Assembly (NCBI GenBank): GCA_035331745.1
Contig: DAOLKF010000055.1
Location: 3,961 to 28,266, forward strand
Direction of reading: 5' to 3'
Source of the DNA: Leptospiraceae bacterium
GTDB lineage: Bacteria > Spirochaetota > Leptospiria > Leptospirales > Leptospiraceae
Length of the DNA: 24,306 bases
Each line of letters opens with the position of its first letter. The stretch's first letter is position 1. Shown in pieces: positions 1-9,461 of this stretch. Made by a program: the position numbers and the translations under genes. The notes below the pieces were generated by a model. It did not search any database, was not told the origin of the DNA, and saw only the letters and a program-made list of their open reading frames with translations.

Positions 1-1
1 T

Positions 2-847
2 CCAGATTCAGTAAAATATAATGGCGCTGAAGGAATCACCACGGATGGAACAAATCTCTATGTAGCCGATTATTTCAATAATCGAATCCGAAAAGTAGTA
101 ATCGCAACAGGAGCAACGACCACTCTAGCAGGAAATGGAACAAATGCAAAAGTAGATGGAACAGGAACTTCTGCTTCATTAAGTTTACCGCGCTTTTTAA
201 CAACAGATGGAACTTATCTTTATGTTTCAGATACAACAAATAATTGTATTCGAAAGGTTAATATTACCAGTGCGGTAGTTACAACTATAGTATGTAATAA
301 TACTTTACTATCTGATCCACGGGGACTAATAGTATACAATAACATGCTATATATAGCAGACAATTCAGCAAATGCTATTAGGCAAATAGATTTATCAACT
401 AACGCTTTATCAACAGTTATTTCGTCTGGACTTAGTTCTCCTAGAAATATGACTTTAATAGGATCAGATATTTACATTGCTGATTCAGGACTCGATCGTG
501 TTGCAAAAACTACAATCGGAACATGGACTCTTTCTACATTTGCAGGTAGTTCTTCAGGCTATCTGGATGGAACAGGGACAGGAGCTCAATTTAAAAATCT
601 AGAAGGGATCACAACAGATGGGACAGATCTTTATGTTGCGGATACAGGAAATCATAACGTTCGAAAAGTTACTGTCCCTGGAGCAGTGGTAACAACACTG
701 GCAGGTTCTCTATCAGCCTCTTCTGGATATACAAACTCATCAACTTTTTCTACAGCTCGCTTTAACAACCCGAGAGGCATCACTTCCGATGGAACGAATC
801 TTTATGTATTTGATTCAAATAACAATGCAATCCGAAAGATTCAATAG
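2..847 (+). CDS. NHL-repeat (six-bladed beta-propeller) protein, 5'-truncated by window edge
   Basis: Open frame runs from position 2 with no stop to TAG at 845-847. Repeated motifs G(I/L)TTDGTNLYVAD...NxIRK(V/I) recur about every 45-55 aa (GITTDGTNLYVADYFNNRIRKV, TTDGTYLYVSDTTNNCIRKV, MLYIADNSANAIRQI, IYIADSGLDRVAK, GITTDGTDLYVADTGNHNVRKV, GITSDGTNLYVFDSNNNAIRKI), typical of NHL/YVTN propeller repeats. Confidence 0.75.
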   Translation, partial: PDSVKYNGAEGITTDGTNLYVADYFNNRIRKVVIATGATTTLAGNGTNAKVDGTGTSASLSLPRFLTTDGTYLYVSDTTNNCIRKVNITSAVVTTIVCNNTLLSDPRGLIVYNNMLYIADNSANAIRQIDLSTNALSTVISSGLSSPRNMTLIGSDIYIADSGLDRVAKTTIGTWTLSTFAGSSSGYLDGTGTGAQFKNLEGITTDGTDLYVADTGNHNVRKVTVPGAVVTTLAGSLSASSGYTNSSTFSTARFNNPRGITSDGTNLYVFDSNNNAIRKIQ

Positions 848-1716
848 TGAACTTTAAATTTTACTTTCTCTTTAGCGGTATATATCTATTAACCGCTTTT
901 CATTTAATCGCACAAGATAATTTGGGGAAAGTAAAATACCAAGTAGAATCCAGTTTCGATATTACAAAAGACAGTGCCCAGAAAATTTTGCAAAATCTAG
1001 ACTTTGAGAAAAAAGAGAGAACTGATTTTGTATTTGATGCATTTGATGGAGAAAACTTTCTTCTATTTCCAGGCAAAAGAAAAATCCGTTTTAGAATGAA
1101 AGAGGATGAAGAAAAAAAAGTTCTGCAAATCAATACAAACATTAACTTTATCAATCGAAAATGCCCGAAAGGGCAATCCATTCTAATTCGGGAAAAAGAA
1201 AATGGGGAAATCAACCTTTCTGCAAATCAGTATGAATATTTAAAAACAGGAAACCAACTTTTAAATCTACCTGATTTAAATCCCAGTCAAACCTTAAAGT
1301 CTCTAAAAGAACTAGATCAATATTTAAAAAAAATCCAATTGCCTCTCAAATCCGAATTAGAAAAAACATTTCCAAAAAAATGGGTCTATCTACCAATCAA
1401 TCTCTCAAAAAAGAAAAAATATAAACACAAAGTCAATTTTGGGTATGGAGATATTACCGTTTCTATCTCCGGTGGAGAAGATTATATAGGAGAAAAATTT
1501 TTACAGGAAAAATGGGAATTAGAATTTCAAGTAAATCCCAAAGATTGGATAGATTCTAAATGCAAAGGTAAATACTGCGGATTTGAGAAGAGTATTTGTC
1601 TTTTTATGGAAAGCCAAAACCTATCCGCAAAAGACTTCAACCCTCCCAAGATTTCCCCCTATGATGTTTTAAAAAAAGAGATACCGAATTTATCTAAATT
1701 ACTCCCAAGTCCCTAG
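847..1716 (+). CDS. hypothetical secreted lysine-rich protein (N-terminal signal peptide)
   Basis: 289-aa ORF with GTG start overlapping the upstream stop (taGtg). N-terminus MNFKFYFLFSGIYLLTAFHLIAQD is a hydrophobic signal-peptide-like segment. The protein is K/E-rich and has no recognisable catalytic motif. Confidence 0.55.
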   Translation: MNFKFYFLFSGIYLLTAFHLIAQDNLGKVKYQVESSFDITKDSAQKILQNLDFEKKERTDFVFDAFDGENFLLFPGKRKIRFRMKEDEEKKVLQINTNINFINRKCPKGQSILIREKENGEINLSANQYEYLKTGNQLLNLPDLNPSQTLKSLKELDQYLKKIQLPLKSELEKTFPKKWVYLPINLSKKKKYKHKVNFGYGDITVSISGGEDYIGEKFLQEKWELEFQVNPKDWIDSKCKGKYCGFEKSICLFMESQNLSAKDFNPPKISPYDVLKKEIPNLSKLLPSP

Positions 1717-2337
1717 CCAAAACTCATTTCTATTCCTCGAAAATTCCTCCATCTACCCTATTTTGCAAAATTCATTTCCCTAAATCCTTTTGATTCCATT
1801 CTCTTCTGAGTTAAATGAACTTGAATTCGGTATAAGGAATTGATAAATTGTTCAGACCGTCATTCCCGAAATTCCACCAGCAATCGCAGCAACCGCCAAA
1901 CGATATCGGGAATCTGTTTTCTAGATACCCCTGATAATCGCCCCTGCGGAACTGGATGCGAATAGCATCGGGTGGAATTTGTGGGTGACAAAGTGAAACC
2001 TCATCTTATATCGAACTCACGTTAAATTACAAAGACTACCCTACTCAAACCCGTTAACCCAAATCCCCATCTCCCAAGAGAGCCTAGAAAAAGAGGAAGC
2101 CAGGTTAGTGTAAAGACCAGCAAAGGAATGTCGGTCTACCATAAACACCCAAAAAAAAGGGATCTAAAGTAGAACGATTGCCTATCTTTTAAAAATTTTA
2201 ACTCTTCCAGCCTCCTTCCATCCGAATATCCTTGGTTACTTTTCTATGGGCACTCTGGTTTTGTCCAAATCTAAGTTCTGTTTTAGGCTTGCTTCTATAG
2301 GTTGTACAAAAAACCTTGCGGTAGAGATTAAAAAAAT
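1717..2337. other. 620-bp ORF-free intergenic region with locally elevated GC and a long-range inverted repeat (candidate structured RNA, leader, or gene remnant)
   Basis: No ORF of 60 aa or more in any frame in the supplied track. The segment at about 1850-2150 is visibly GC-richer than flanking DNA (ccgccaaacgatatcggg, cgcccctgcggaactggatgcg). Perfect 10-nt inverted pair aaattccacc (1869-1878) / ggtggaattt (1970-1979) flanked by ccg/ggg, enclosing about 90 nt. Confidence 0.4.
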
Positions 2338-3465
2338 ATGAAATTTGGTATTTTAAAAGAAAGTGGGGAAGAAAAAAGAGTAGCTCTTCTTCCTGAGTCT
2401 GTGGAAGCCCTTATCAAAATGGGGCAATCGGTGATTGTGGAAAAGGGAGCTGGTGAAACCGCTTTTGCCTCTGACGAGGAATACAAAAAAGCAGGGGCTA
2501 GTATTGTGTCCAAAAAGGAACTTCTATCCCAAGCGGAGGCAGTTATTAAAATACAGCTTCCCGAAGCGGAAGAAATCGAAGGACTAAAGTCTGGAACTCT
2601 TCTGTTTGCAGTCTTGCAACCTCTCTACAACCCTCAATTGATTAAGACTTTAAATGATAAGAAGATATCTATATTTAGCATGGACACGATTCCTAGAATT
2701 ACTCGTGCCCAATCTATGGACATTTTAAGTTCCCAAGCAACCGTTGCTGGCTATAAGGCAGTTCTAGTAGCTGCAAGCCATTTGCCACATTTTTTTCCAA
2801 TGCTTACAACCGCGGCTGGAGCAATCCCACCCTCTAAAATTTTAGTTATGGGTGCTGGTGTTGCTGGTCTCCAAGCGATTGCAACTGGTAAGAGATTGGG
2901 CGGAGTTGTAGAAGTATTCGACACTAGACCCGAAGTAAAAGAACAAGTCATGTCTCTCGGCGGAAAATTCGTAGAAGTAGAAGGTGCAGCCGATGCATCT
3001 AAAGCTGGAGGATATGCGGTTGAACAATCAGAAGAATACAAAAATCGCCAAAGAGAAGCCATTTCTAAGTCTGCCATCAAATCCGATGTAATCATCACTA
3101 CAGCCCAAATACCAGGTAAAAAGGCACCTCTACTCATAACCGAAGAAATGGTGAAGGGAATGAAAGCAGGTTCCGTCATCGTAGATTTGGCTGCCGCAAC
3201 AGGTGGAAATTGCCAATTGACAGAAAACAATAAAACTATTGTTGCACATGGTGTCACCATCATTGGAAATTCAAATCTTCCTTCTACAATTCCGTTTGAT
3301 GCGAGTAAGATGTTTGGGAAAAATATAATCAACTTCCTAAAGAATATGCAAACCAAAGAAGGAAAGATTGAAATCAATTTCAATGATGAAATCATCTCTG
3401 GAACTTGTATAGCACATGCAGGAGAAGTTCGTCATAAACCAACACTGGACTTAATCAATAAATGA
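2338..3465 (+). CDS. pntAA: NAD(P) transhydrogenase subunit alpha part 1 (AlaDH/PNT NAD(H)-binding domains)
   Basis: 375 aa. Start MKFGI(L)KE typical of PntAA. Rossmann motif VMGAGVAGLQAI. Followed by a separate small membrane alpha-2 ORF and pntB, the classic split-pntA arrangement. Confidence 0.9.
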   Translation: MKFGILKESGEEKRVALLPESVEALIKMGQSVIVEKGAGETAFASDEEYKKAGASIVSKKELLSQAEAVIKIQLPEAEEIEGLKSGTLLFAVLQPLYNPQLIKTLNDKKISIFSMDTIPRITRAQSMDILSSQATVAGYKAVLVAASHLPHFFPMLTTAAGAIPPSKILVMGAGVAGLQAIATGKRLGGVVEVFDTRPEVKEQVMSLGGKFVEVEGAADASKAGGYAVEQSEEYKNRQREAISKSAIKSDVIITTAQIPGKKAPLLITEEMVKGMKAGSVIVDLAAATGGNCQLTENNKTIVAHGVTIIGNSNLPSTIPFDASKMFGKNIINFLKNMQTKEGKIEINFNDEIISGTCIAHAGEVRHKPTLDLINK

Positions 3466-3565
3466 TTGGTGTTTCACTTATAGTTAATAACCCATATTGG
3501 CTAGACTCTGAGTATAAAAACTCTCTAGTTCTATTCCTTTGTGGTAATTCTTTTTAGGAGATATT

Positions 3566-3889
3566 ATGGATCAAATACTAAACTTTTTAATCGAGAACAA
3601 AGCAATGATTTATATGCTTGTTCTATCAATATTTGTGGGAGTAGAAATTATTTCTAAAGTCCCTGCAGTTTTACACACTCCTCTCATGTCTGGAGCAAAT
3701 GCGATTCACGGAGTTGTGATCGTGGGTGCAATTATCGTTATGGGAGAGGCGAAAGAAGATGATACACTTTCTATCATTTTGGGGTTTATCGCTGTTATCC
3801 TCGGAACCTTAAACGTAGTTGGTGGATTCGTTGTTACAGATAGAATGCTGGAAATGTTTAAGAAGAAAACTCCAGCTAAGAAGGATTAA
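3566..3889 (+). CDS. pntAB: NAD(P) transhydrogenase subunit alpha part 2 (membrane)
   Basis: 107 aa with 3-4 hydrophobic helices (LVLSIFVGVEIISKVP, GVVIVGAIIVMG, ILGFIAVILGTLNVVGGFVV). AGGAG RBS at 3556-3560. Located between pntAA and pntB. Confidence 0.88.
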   Translation: MDQILNFLIENKAMIYMLVLSIFVGVEIISKVPAVLHTPLMSGANAIHGVVIVGAIIVMGEAKEDDTLSIILGFIAVILGTLNVVGGFVVTDRMLEMFKKKTPAKKD

Positions 3890-3892
3890 CCC

Positions 3893-5293
3893 ATGTTAGG
3901 ATATATTGAATTTGCTTATTTTTTAGGTTCCCTTTCTTTCGTAATTGGTCTTAAGATGCTTAGTCATCCAGACTCAGCTAGAAAAGGAAACATTCTCGCG
4001 GCTATCGGTATGGGAATAGCTGTGATTCTCACAATTCTCGGAGAAAAAATTCACAATTACGGGTGGATCATTGGTGCTCTAGTCATTGGTTCAGCGTTAG
4101 GTGCAATTTCCGCTCGAAAAGTCAAAATGACTGCAATGCCGCAGATGGTCAGTCTTTTCAATGGTATGGGTGGTGCTTGTGCTGCCGTTATTTCCCTTGT
4201 AGAGTTTAAACACAATCCTGTTTTACAAACTGGACTTATGAATAGCACAACAGCAATCATTCTTGCTGGTATGCTGATTGGATCTGTTTCTTTTGCTGGA
4301 TCTATGATTGCATTTGGAAAATTACAAGGCTATAAAGCAATTGAAAAGCCAGTAACTTTTCCATTACAAAAAATATTAAATACAATCATTCTAATTTTTA
4401 CAATTGGTCTTGGTGTGTTTATCTCAATCAATATGCAAAATCCACATGATGCACTCGAATTATTCTATGTAATGTTTGGTCTTTCCTTATTATATGGAAT
4501 TTTATTTGTATTACCAATTGGTGGTGCAGACATGCCTGTTGTAATTTCTCTACTCAACTCTTTCACAGGAGTTGCGGCTGCTTGTGCTGGATTCTTATAT
4601 AGCAATATGGTAATGCTGATTGGTGGGATTTTAGTTGGATCTGCAGGAACCATTCTAACAGTTGTTATGTGTAATGCAATGAACCGCTCTCTCATGAACG
4701 TTATTTTCGGTAGCTTCGGCGGTGGAGGCGGTGCTAGTGGTAGTTCTGCTTCTGGAGACCAAACTGTTCGAGAAATTTCTGTAACCGATGCTGCTATCCT
4801 AATGAGCTACGCTAAGAAAGTGATCATCGTTCCTGGATACGGACTTGCAGTTGCACAAGCACAGCATACCTGTCATGAACTAGATAGCTTACTCGAAGAG
4901 AAGGGTGTAGATGTGCGTTACGCGATCCATCCTGTGGCTGGTCGTATGCCTGGTCATATGAACGTTTTACTCGCAGAAGCAGATGTTCCCTACCCAAAAT
5001 TATTTGATATGGAAGAAATCAATGGAGAATTCTCCTCTACTGATGTTGTTCTAGTTATTGGAGCGAATGATGTTGTAAACCCTGCAGCCAGAAAAGATAC
5101 ATCTAGTCCAATTTATGGAATGCCAATCTTAGATGTTGACAACGCTGCCAATATTATCGTTCTCAAAAGAGGGATGAATGCTGGTTATGCTGGTATCGAA
5201 AACGAATTATTCTTTGATCCAAAAACAAAGATGCTTTTTGGAGATGCAAAATCTTCTCTTTTAAAACTCGTCTCCGAGGTAAAACAAAATTAA
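3893..5293 (+). CDS. pntB: NAD(P) transhydrogenase subunit beta
   Basis: 466 aa. Polytopic N-terminal half plus a C-terminal NADP(H)-binding domain with conserved PGYGLAVAQAQH and GANDVVNPAA motifs. Starts 4 nt after the pntAB stop. Confidence 0.92.
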   Translation: MLGYIEFAYFLGSLSFVIGLKMLSHPDSARKGNILAAIGMGIAVILTILGEKIHNYGWIIGALVIGSALGAISARKVKMTAMPQMVSLFNGMGGACAAVISLVEFKHNPVLQTGLMNSTTAIILAGMLIGSVSFAGSMIAFGKLQGYKAIEKPVTFPLQKILNTIILIFTIGLGVFISINMQNPHDALELFYVMFGLSLLYGILFVLPIGGADMPVVISLLNSFTGVAAACAGFLYSNMVMLIGGILVGSAGTILTVVMCNAMNRSLMNVIFGSFGGGGGASGSSASGDQTVREISVTDAAILMSYAKKVIIVPGYGLAVAQAQHTCHELDSLLEEKGVDVRYAIHPVAGRMPGHMNVLLAEADVPYPKLFDMEEINGEFSSTDVVLVIGANDVVNPAARKDTSSPIYGMPILDVDNAANIIVLKRGMNAGYAGIENELFFDPKTKMLFGDAKSSLLKLVSEVKQN

Positions 5294-5307
5294 CCCCTAG
5301 GTGGAAT

Positions 5308-6000
5308 TTGGATATGGAAAGAAGAAAAAGAATTTCAAGACCTTTACCTGTAATTATATTCGGAATCATCTTTTTACTGCTTCCGTTTATTAACTACATT
5401 AACTTTGCATACCATTTCCAAATTCCATTTACAAATGTAATAGAGGTTTTGAGAACCGTAGACATCATTGCTGTCATTCTTGCGTTGATTCCCTTTGCAG
5501 TTGGAATTGGAATCCTGCTTGTTAAGCGATGGGGTTGGTTCTTATTTTTAATCTACTCTTTAGTAGTTTTAGTTTACGATGCACTGGTCTCTATTTCAGA
5601 TCCAACAGAGCCAAACATCATGACTCTTGTGCAAAGTGCGATCGGATTTGCTGCCATTTTTTATTTTTTAAAACCAGACATTTCGGCTCCCTACATGAAA
5701 ATGTATGGGAGAGGTTGGAGATTCCAAGTTAGGAAACCAATTGAAATGGACATAGCAATCAATGACTTAAAGCTTAGAACTAGAGATATTTCTCCTACAG
5801 GATTCTATGTAGAATGGCCCAATTGCCCTTATGAACTCAACCAAGAAGTAAATATATCAATGAATGTAGATAGACAGGGATTGAACTTAAAGGCAGGAGT
5901 AGTTCGATTGGATACAGCCGGAGCTGGCTTTGCATTCCGATCTATTGACAGAGAAAGTTATAGAGTTTTAGAGGATTGGATTTCGAGACAAGAAGCATGA
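5308..6000 (+). CDS. membrane-anchored PilZ-domain protein (putative c-di-GMP receptor)
   Basis: 230 aa. N-terminal half has 3-4 TM helices. C-terminal half carries PilZ signature RxxxR (RFQVR) followed about 20 aa later by D-I-S-P-T-G (DxSxxG). 14 bp downstream of pntB, same strand. Confidence 0.6.
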   Translation: MDMERRKRISRPLPVIIFGIIFLLLPFINYINFAYHFQIPFTNVIEVLRTVDIIAVILALIPFAVGIGILLVKRWGWFLFLIYSLVVLVYDALVSISDPTEPNIMTLVQSAIGFAAIFYFLKPDISAPYMKMYGRGWRFQVRKPIEMDIAINDLKLRTRDISPTGFYVEWPNCPYELNQEVNISMNVDRQGLNLKAGVVRLDTAGAGFAFRSIDRESYRVLEDWISRQEA

Positions 6001-6038
6001 ATTTCATTGACTCATAGGCAAGCGAAAATAACCTGACT

Positions 6039-6067
6039 TTGTACACGAATTTATTATACTGTAATAT
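6039..6067 (+). promoter_or_regulatory. candidate sigma70-type promoter for rpmH-rnpA-yidD-yidC operon
   Basis: TTGTAC (6039-6044), 17-nt spacer, TAATAT (6062-6067), about 20 nt upstream of the rpmH ATG. Sequence-pattern only. Confidence 0.3.
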
Positions 6068-6086
6068 TATTTTTTAAGGTAATAAG

Positions 6087-6248
6087 ATGAAAAGAACATT
6101 TCAACCAAGTAGAGTTAAAAGAGCAAGAACACATGGCTTTAGATCCCGTATGTCTACAAAAGCGGGAAGAGCTGTACTCGCAAGAAGAAGAGCTAAAGGC
6201 AGATATAAGCTAACTGTTTCCGATGAAAAAGTCGGAAAGAAATTTTAA
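6087..6248 (+). CDS. rpmH: 50S ribosomal protein L34
   Basis: Not in the ORF track because it is under 60 aa. It translates to [53 protein letters not shown], the near-universal L34 sequence with a short C-terminal extension. Immediately upstream of rnpA, as in most bacteria. Confidence 0.9.
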   Translation: MKRTFQPSRVKRARTHGFRSRMSTKAGRAVLARRRAKGRYKLTVSDEKVGKKF

Positions 6249-6258
6249 TTAGAGGTTC

Positions 6259-6591
6259 TTGACTAGGATATCGGAAACTCTAAAGGCAAAAGAAGAGATT
6301 AAAAGTCTTTTTCAAAAAGGTAAGAGAATCAAAGCCAACCATATATCTTTAGTGTACGCATCCAACCAGATATCGCTTAATAGATACCTCTTTTGTGCAG
6401 AACGTTTTACCAAAAAGGCGCATAAAAGAAATAGAATTAAGCGAGTCTTGCGCGCATTGGTTCACTGTATAGACTTTATCTTCCCTGTGAATGTAGATAT
6501 CGCAATCATAGCAGATTCTAGGTTTACAGAACTTGATTTTGAAGTCAGAAAGCAGACTTTAAAGAATCTATTTTTAAAAGTAAAAGTATGA
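6259..6591 (+). CDS. rnpA: ribonuclease P protein component
   Basis: 110-aa basic protein with TTG start, directly downstream of rpmH. Has the conserved-order RNR motif region (KKAHKRNRIKR). Stop overlaps the yidD start (ATGA). Confidence 0.8.
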   Translation: MTRISETLKAKEEIKSLFQKGKRIKANHISLVYASNQISLNRYLFCAERFTKKAHKRNRIKRVLRALVHCIDFIFPVNVDIAIIADSRFTELDFEVRKQTLKNLFLKVKV

Positions 6592-6818
6592 ATCAAATAG
6601 CGATACTTTTGATTCATATTTATAAAAAATTCATATCTCCTTTATTGCCAGGTGCTTGCAGATTTTATCCGAGTTGTTCGGAATATGCATTACAGGCATT
6701 TAAGGAGTATGGTTTTTTGAAAGCCTTCTACCTAACCGTAAATAGAGTTTCTAGATGTAACCCAATGTCAGAAGGGTATTTTGATCCCTTACCTCCAAAT
6801 CCAAATAAAAAAAATTAG
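6588..6818 (+). CDS. yidD: membrane protein insertion efficiency factor YidD
   Basis: 76 aa with hallmark [23 protein letters not shown] motif. Sits between rnpA and yidC. Confidence 0.9.
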   Translation: MNQIAILLIHIYKKFISPLLPGACRFYPSCSEYALQAFKEYGFLKAFYLTVNRVSRCNPMSEGYFDPLPPNPNKKN

Positions 6819-6826
6819 AGGAAATC

Positions 6827-8731
6827 ATGGAAGAAAGACAAGGTAGATTATTACTTGCAATCGTACTTAGCTTAGGAGTCTGGATGGGAGTTAACTACTT
6901 TTTATTCCCTCCGCAACCCCCCAAAAAACCGCCTGTTGCAAATAACGCAAAAGATGCAAAAACAGCAGAACCAGTAAAAGATGCTAAAGAAGTTAAAACT
7001 CCAGATAAAAACACAACTGTCTTAAAGCCGGTCGAAATCAAAGAAATTGATCCAAAAGATATAAAGAAATTCTATGTTGTAACATCTTCTTTTCTAGCTG
7101 AGTTTAGTTCTCTGGGCGGTAGAATCGAAAGATTTTATGTAAAGAACTATCCGGACTTAGAAGGAAATGAAGTTAAAATCATAAAAAATGAAAGCGAATT
7201 TGTTTCCTTCAATGGTGGAAATTACAAAGGGATTGAGATCACTCGAGAGAGAGGATTTGATTTTAACTTAACAAACGCAAAAGAAGAATTATCCGCTCCC
7301 CTATTCAATCATATTAATTTCACAGCAAACTATGATGAAGCAAAACAGATTCTCAGTTTCGAAGCGTTATCTCCAGATAAAAACTACTCTCTAAAGAAAG
7401 AATTCTCCTTTTTTAAATCAGAAAATTATTTTAAATACAATATGACTATCACTAATCTTTCTAAAGACAAATTGGTGTTAGCTGATCAAACAAAGCCTAT
7501 TTATTTTAAATCTTTCGGAAGCTTAGGTCCAGTAAAAGGTCCTATTATTTCCGAAAAAGACCAAGTTCACTACTATCGATTCTTTTATATTGATGGTTCC
7601 TTCAATGACAATTTAGATGGAGTAAGTATAGAAGGTTTTTGGTCAAAAGCAAAAGCATTTTTCGGATTTGGTAGTGTTAACAATGATCCGAACTTTGACA
7701 CCGTTCTCAAAAAATCTGAACCAGTTGATTTTTTTGGAACAGGTAGCCGTTATTTTATCGCAGTCTTAAATCCTCTCAGTGGAAATAAGCCAAGTGGTGT
7801 ATTACTCGATAATCGAAAAGGAAATGTAAATGGTGTTACAGCTCTCTATGAGAATATTTCCATTGAACCAAATACTTCGGTTAACTTTGATTATGCTGCT
7901 TATGTAGGTATTCGTGAATTAGATGGAATGTCATTCCGTGACAAAACCATTGATCCAAAAGAAACCAAGTCTTCTCCTTTCTCGGGCCTCAGTGAAAAAT
8001 TAGACAAATCATTCAATCAAGGAATTACGACTCCATTCCGTCATGGAATTGTTTGGATATTAAAGAAATTACACAATTTAATTCCAAATTACGGATGGTG
8101 TATTATCATCTTTGCAATTCTATTAAAACTTGTTTTCTATCCATTAAACCAAAAACAAGCTGAAAGTATGAAAAAGATGCAAGAGTTAAATCCACAAATC
8201 AAAGCGATAAACGAAAAGTATGACAAAGATCCCGCGATGAAGCAACAAAAGATAATGGAACTCTACAAAAAAAATGGAACAAATCCTATGGGTGGATGTC
8301 TTCCTATGTTAGTTCAGATTCCAATCTTTATCGCACTCTATACTGCATTTAGTGATACAATTGATTTATGGAAATCACCATTTTTATGGGTAACTGATTT
8401 GAGTGAGCCAGATACGATTTGGACAAGTCCAGCTATCTTAGGAACCGCAGGTATAGCACTCAACGTTCTTCCACTTATCATGGTAGGAACACAAGTAGTG
8501 CAAACACAAATGACATCAGTAGCAACGGATCCAAACCAAAAAACAATGATGTATTTAATGCCACTCATCATGTTGTATTTCTTCTGGACAATGCCATCTG
8601 GGGTTACACTTTACTGGACTATCCAAAACGTCCTTTCTATCTTACAACAATTTATCACGAACCGTTTTGGAAAGAATACAAAACCACAGACTGTGACCAC
8701 AACCACAACAGTCAGTAAAAAGAAAAAGTAA
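6827..8731 (+). CDS. yidC: membrane protein insertase YidC
   Basis: 634 aa. N-terminal TM, large periplasmic domain, and a C-terminal 5-TM core with conserved motifs ([57 protein letters not shown]). Confidence 0.92.
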   Translation: MEERQGRLLLAIVLSLGVWMGVNYFLFPPQPPKKPPVANNAKDAKTAEPVKDAKEVKTPDKNTTVLKPVEIKEIDPKDIKKFYVVTSSFLAEFSSLGGRIERFYVKNYPDLEGNEVKIIKNESEFVSFNGGNYKGIEITRERGFDFNLTNAKEELSAPLFNHINFTANYDEAKQILSFEALSPDKNYSLKKEFSFFKSENYFKYNMTITNLSKDKLVLADQTKPIYFKSFGSLGPVKGPIISEKDQVHYYRFFYIDGSFNDNLDGVSIEGFWSKAKAFFGFGSVNNDPNFDTVLKKSEPVDFFGTGSRYFIAVLNPLSGNKPSGVLLDNRKGNVNGVTALYENISIEPNTSVNFDYAAYVGIRELDGMSFRDKTIDPKETKSSPFSGLSEKLDKSFNQGITTPFRHGIVWILKKLHNLIPNYGWCIIIFAILLKLVFYPLNQKQAESMKKMQELNPQIKAINEKYDKDPAMKQQKIMELYKKNGTNPMGGCLPMLVQIPIFIALYTAFSDTIDLWKSPFLWVTDLSEPDTIWTSPAILGTAGIALNVLPLIMVGTQVVQTQMTSVATDPNQKTMMYLMPLIMLYFFWTMPSGVTLYWTIQNVLSILQQFITNRFGKNTKPQTVTTTTTVSKKKK

Positions 8732-8753
8732 TAAGAAATTATAAGGAGCAAAT

Positions 8754-9461
8754 ATGTTAGGATATATTTTTGAAGCGGAAGGAAAAACAAAATCAGAAGC
8801 AGAAGAAGTAACGTTAAGCACTCTTCGCCTCGCTGAAGGGGATTTAAAATTTGAAACAGTTGATCCCGGCAAGAGCGGTTTCTTAGGATTTACCGCCAAA
8901 AAGCCCGCTATCGTGCGAGCATATATTTCCTCAAAAGACTTACCAGCTGAAAAAATTATTCATGGAGTTGTGATTACCATCCTAAAAAAAATGGGAATCG
9001 AAGCAGAAGTAGTCGGTATGGGTGATGTGGATGGGAAGATATACATAGAACTAGCAAGTCCAGAATCTGGAATCCTAATAGGCAAGAGAGGGGCAACACT
9101 CGATGCACTTCAATTTTTATTAAACCTAATGGTAGATCCAAAAATTCGTCATGGTAGAAAGATTATTTTAGATATTGAATCCTACAGAGATAAAAGAGAA
9201 ATGTCTCTCGTTCGTCTCAGTCGCTCCATTGCATCAGGTGTTGCAAAAACTGGAAAATCAAGACTCCTCGAACCAATGAATCCATATGAAAGAAGAATTA
9301 TTCATATGGCTCTTCAAAAGGATGAGAAAGTTTTCACTAGAAGCGAGGGAAATGGAACTTACAAAAGAGTTCGAGTTATTTCCGCAAAAGACAGACATAA
9401 ATATAAAGACTTAGAAACCAAAAATCCGGAATTACCGGACGACGATGAATTAGACGTGTAG
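8754..9461 (+). CDS. jag: Jag/KhpB-like RNA-binding protein (KH + R3H domains)
   Basis: 235 aa. Canonical position after yidC. R3H-like C-terminal region ([17 protein letters not shown]). Confidence 0.8.
   Translation: MLGYIFEAEGKTKSEAEEVTLSTLRLAEGDLKFETVDPGKSGFLGFTAKKPAIVRAYISSKDLPAEKIIHGVVITILKKMGIEAEVVGMGDVDGKIYIELASPESGILIGKRGATLDALQFLLNLMVDPKIRHGRKIILDIESYRDKREMSLVRLSRSIASGVAKTGKSRLLEPMNPYERRIIHMALQKDEKVFTRSEGNGTYKRVRVISAKDRHKYKDLETKNPELPDDDELDV

Noticed and set aside
900-1214. 104-aa minus-strand ORF inside the 847-1716 gene
   Set aside because: It lies entirely inside a longer, better-supported plus-strand ORF. Low-complexity translation, no start context. Typical antisense artefact in AT-rich DNA.
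1850-2150. RNase P RNA / tmRNA / SRP RNA in the long intergenic region
   Set aside because: I could not find the conserved P4 RNase P motifs, the tmRNA tag-reading-frame and T-arm/CCA end, or the SRP domain IV GGAAGCAGCCAAGG motif. Only vague resemblances (gggtgacaaagtgaaacc, gaggaagccagg).
2302-2330. Possible promoter TTGTAC-17-AGATTA just upstream of pntAA
   Set aside because: The -10 hexamer matches TATAAT poorly. Not reported as a feature.
2328-2513. 61-aa minus ORF overlapping the pntAA start
   Set aside because: Antisense to the pntAA N-terminus. No independent support.
2751-3395. 214-aa and 61-aa minus-strand ORFs antisense to pntAA
   Set aside because: Embedded antisense to a confidently identified conserved gene. 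The translation is Ala/Pro/Ser-rich junk typical of reverse-frame reading.
1969-5309. Recurrence of the 10-mer ggtggaattt at 1970-1979 and 5300-5309
   Set aside because: Two occurrences of a 10-mer in 24 kb of AT-rich DNA are not compelling. No flanking similarity, so not a dispersed repeat element.
8419-8718. 99-aa plus-strand ORF and 77/85-aa minus ORFs inside or overlapping the yidC 3' region
   Set aside because: Out-of-frame or antisense overlaps of the conserved yidC C-terminal core. No plausible independent gene.
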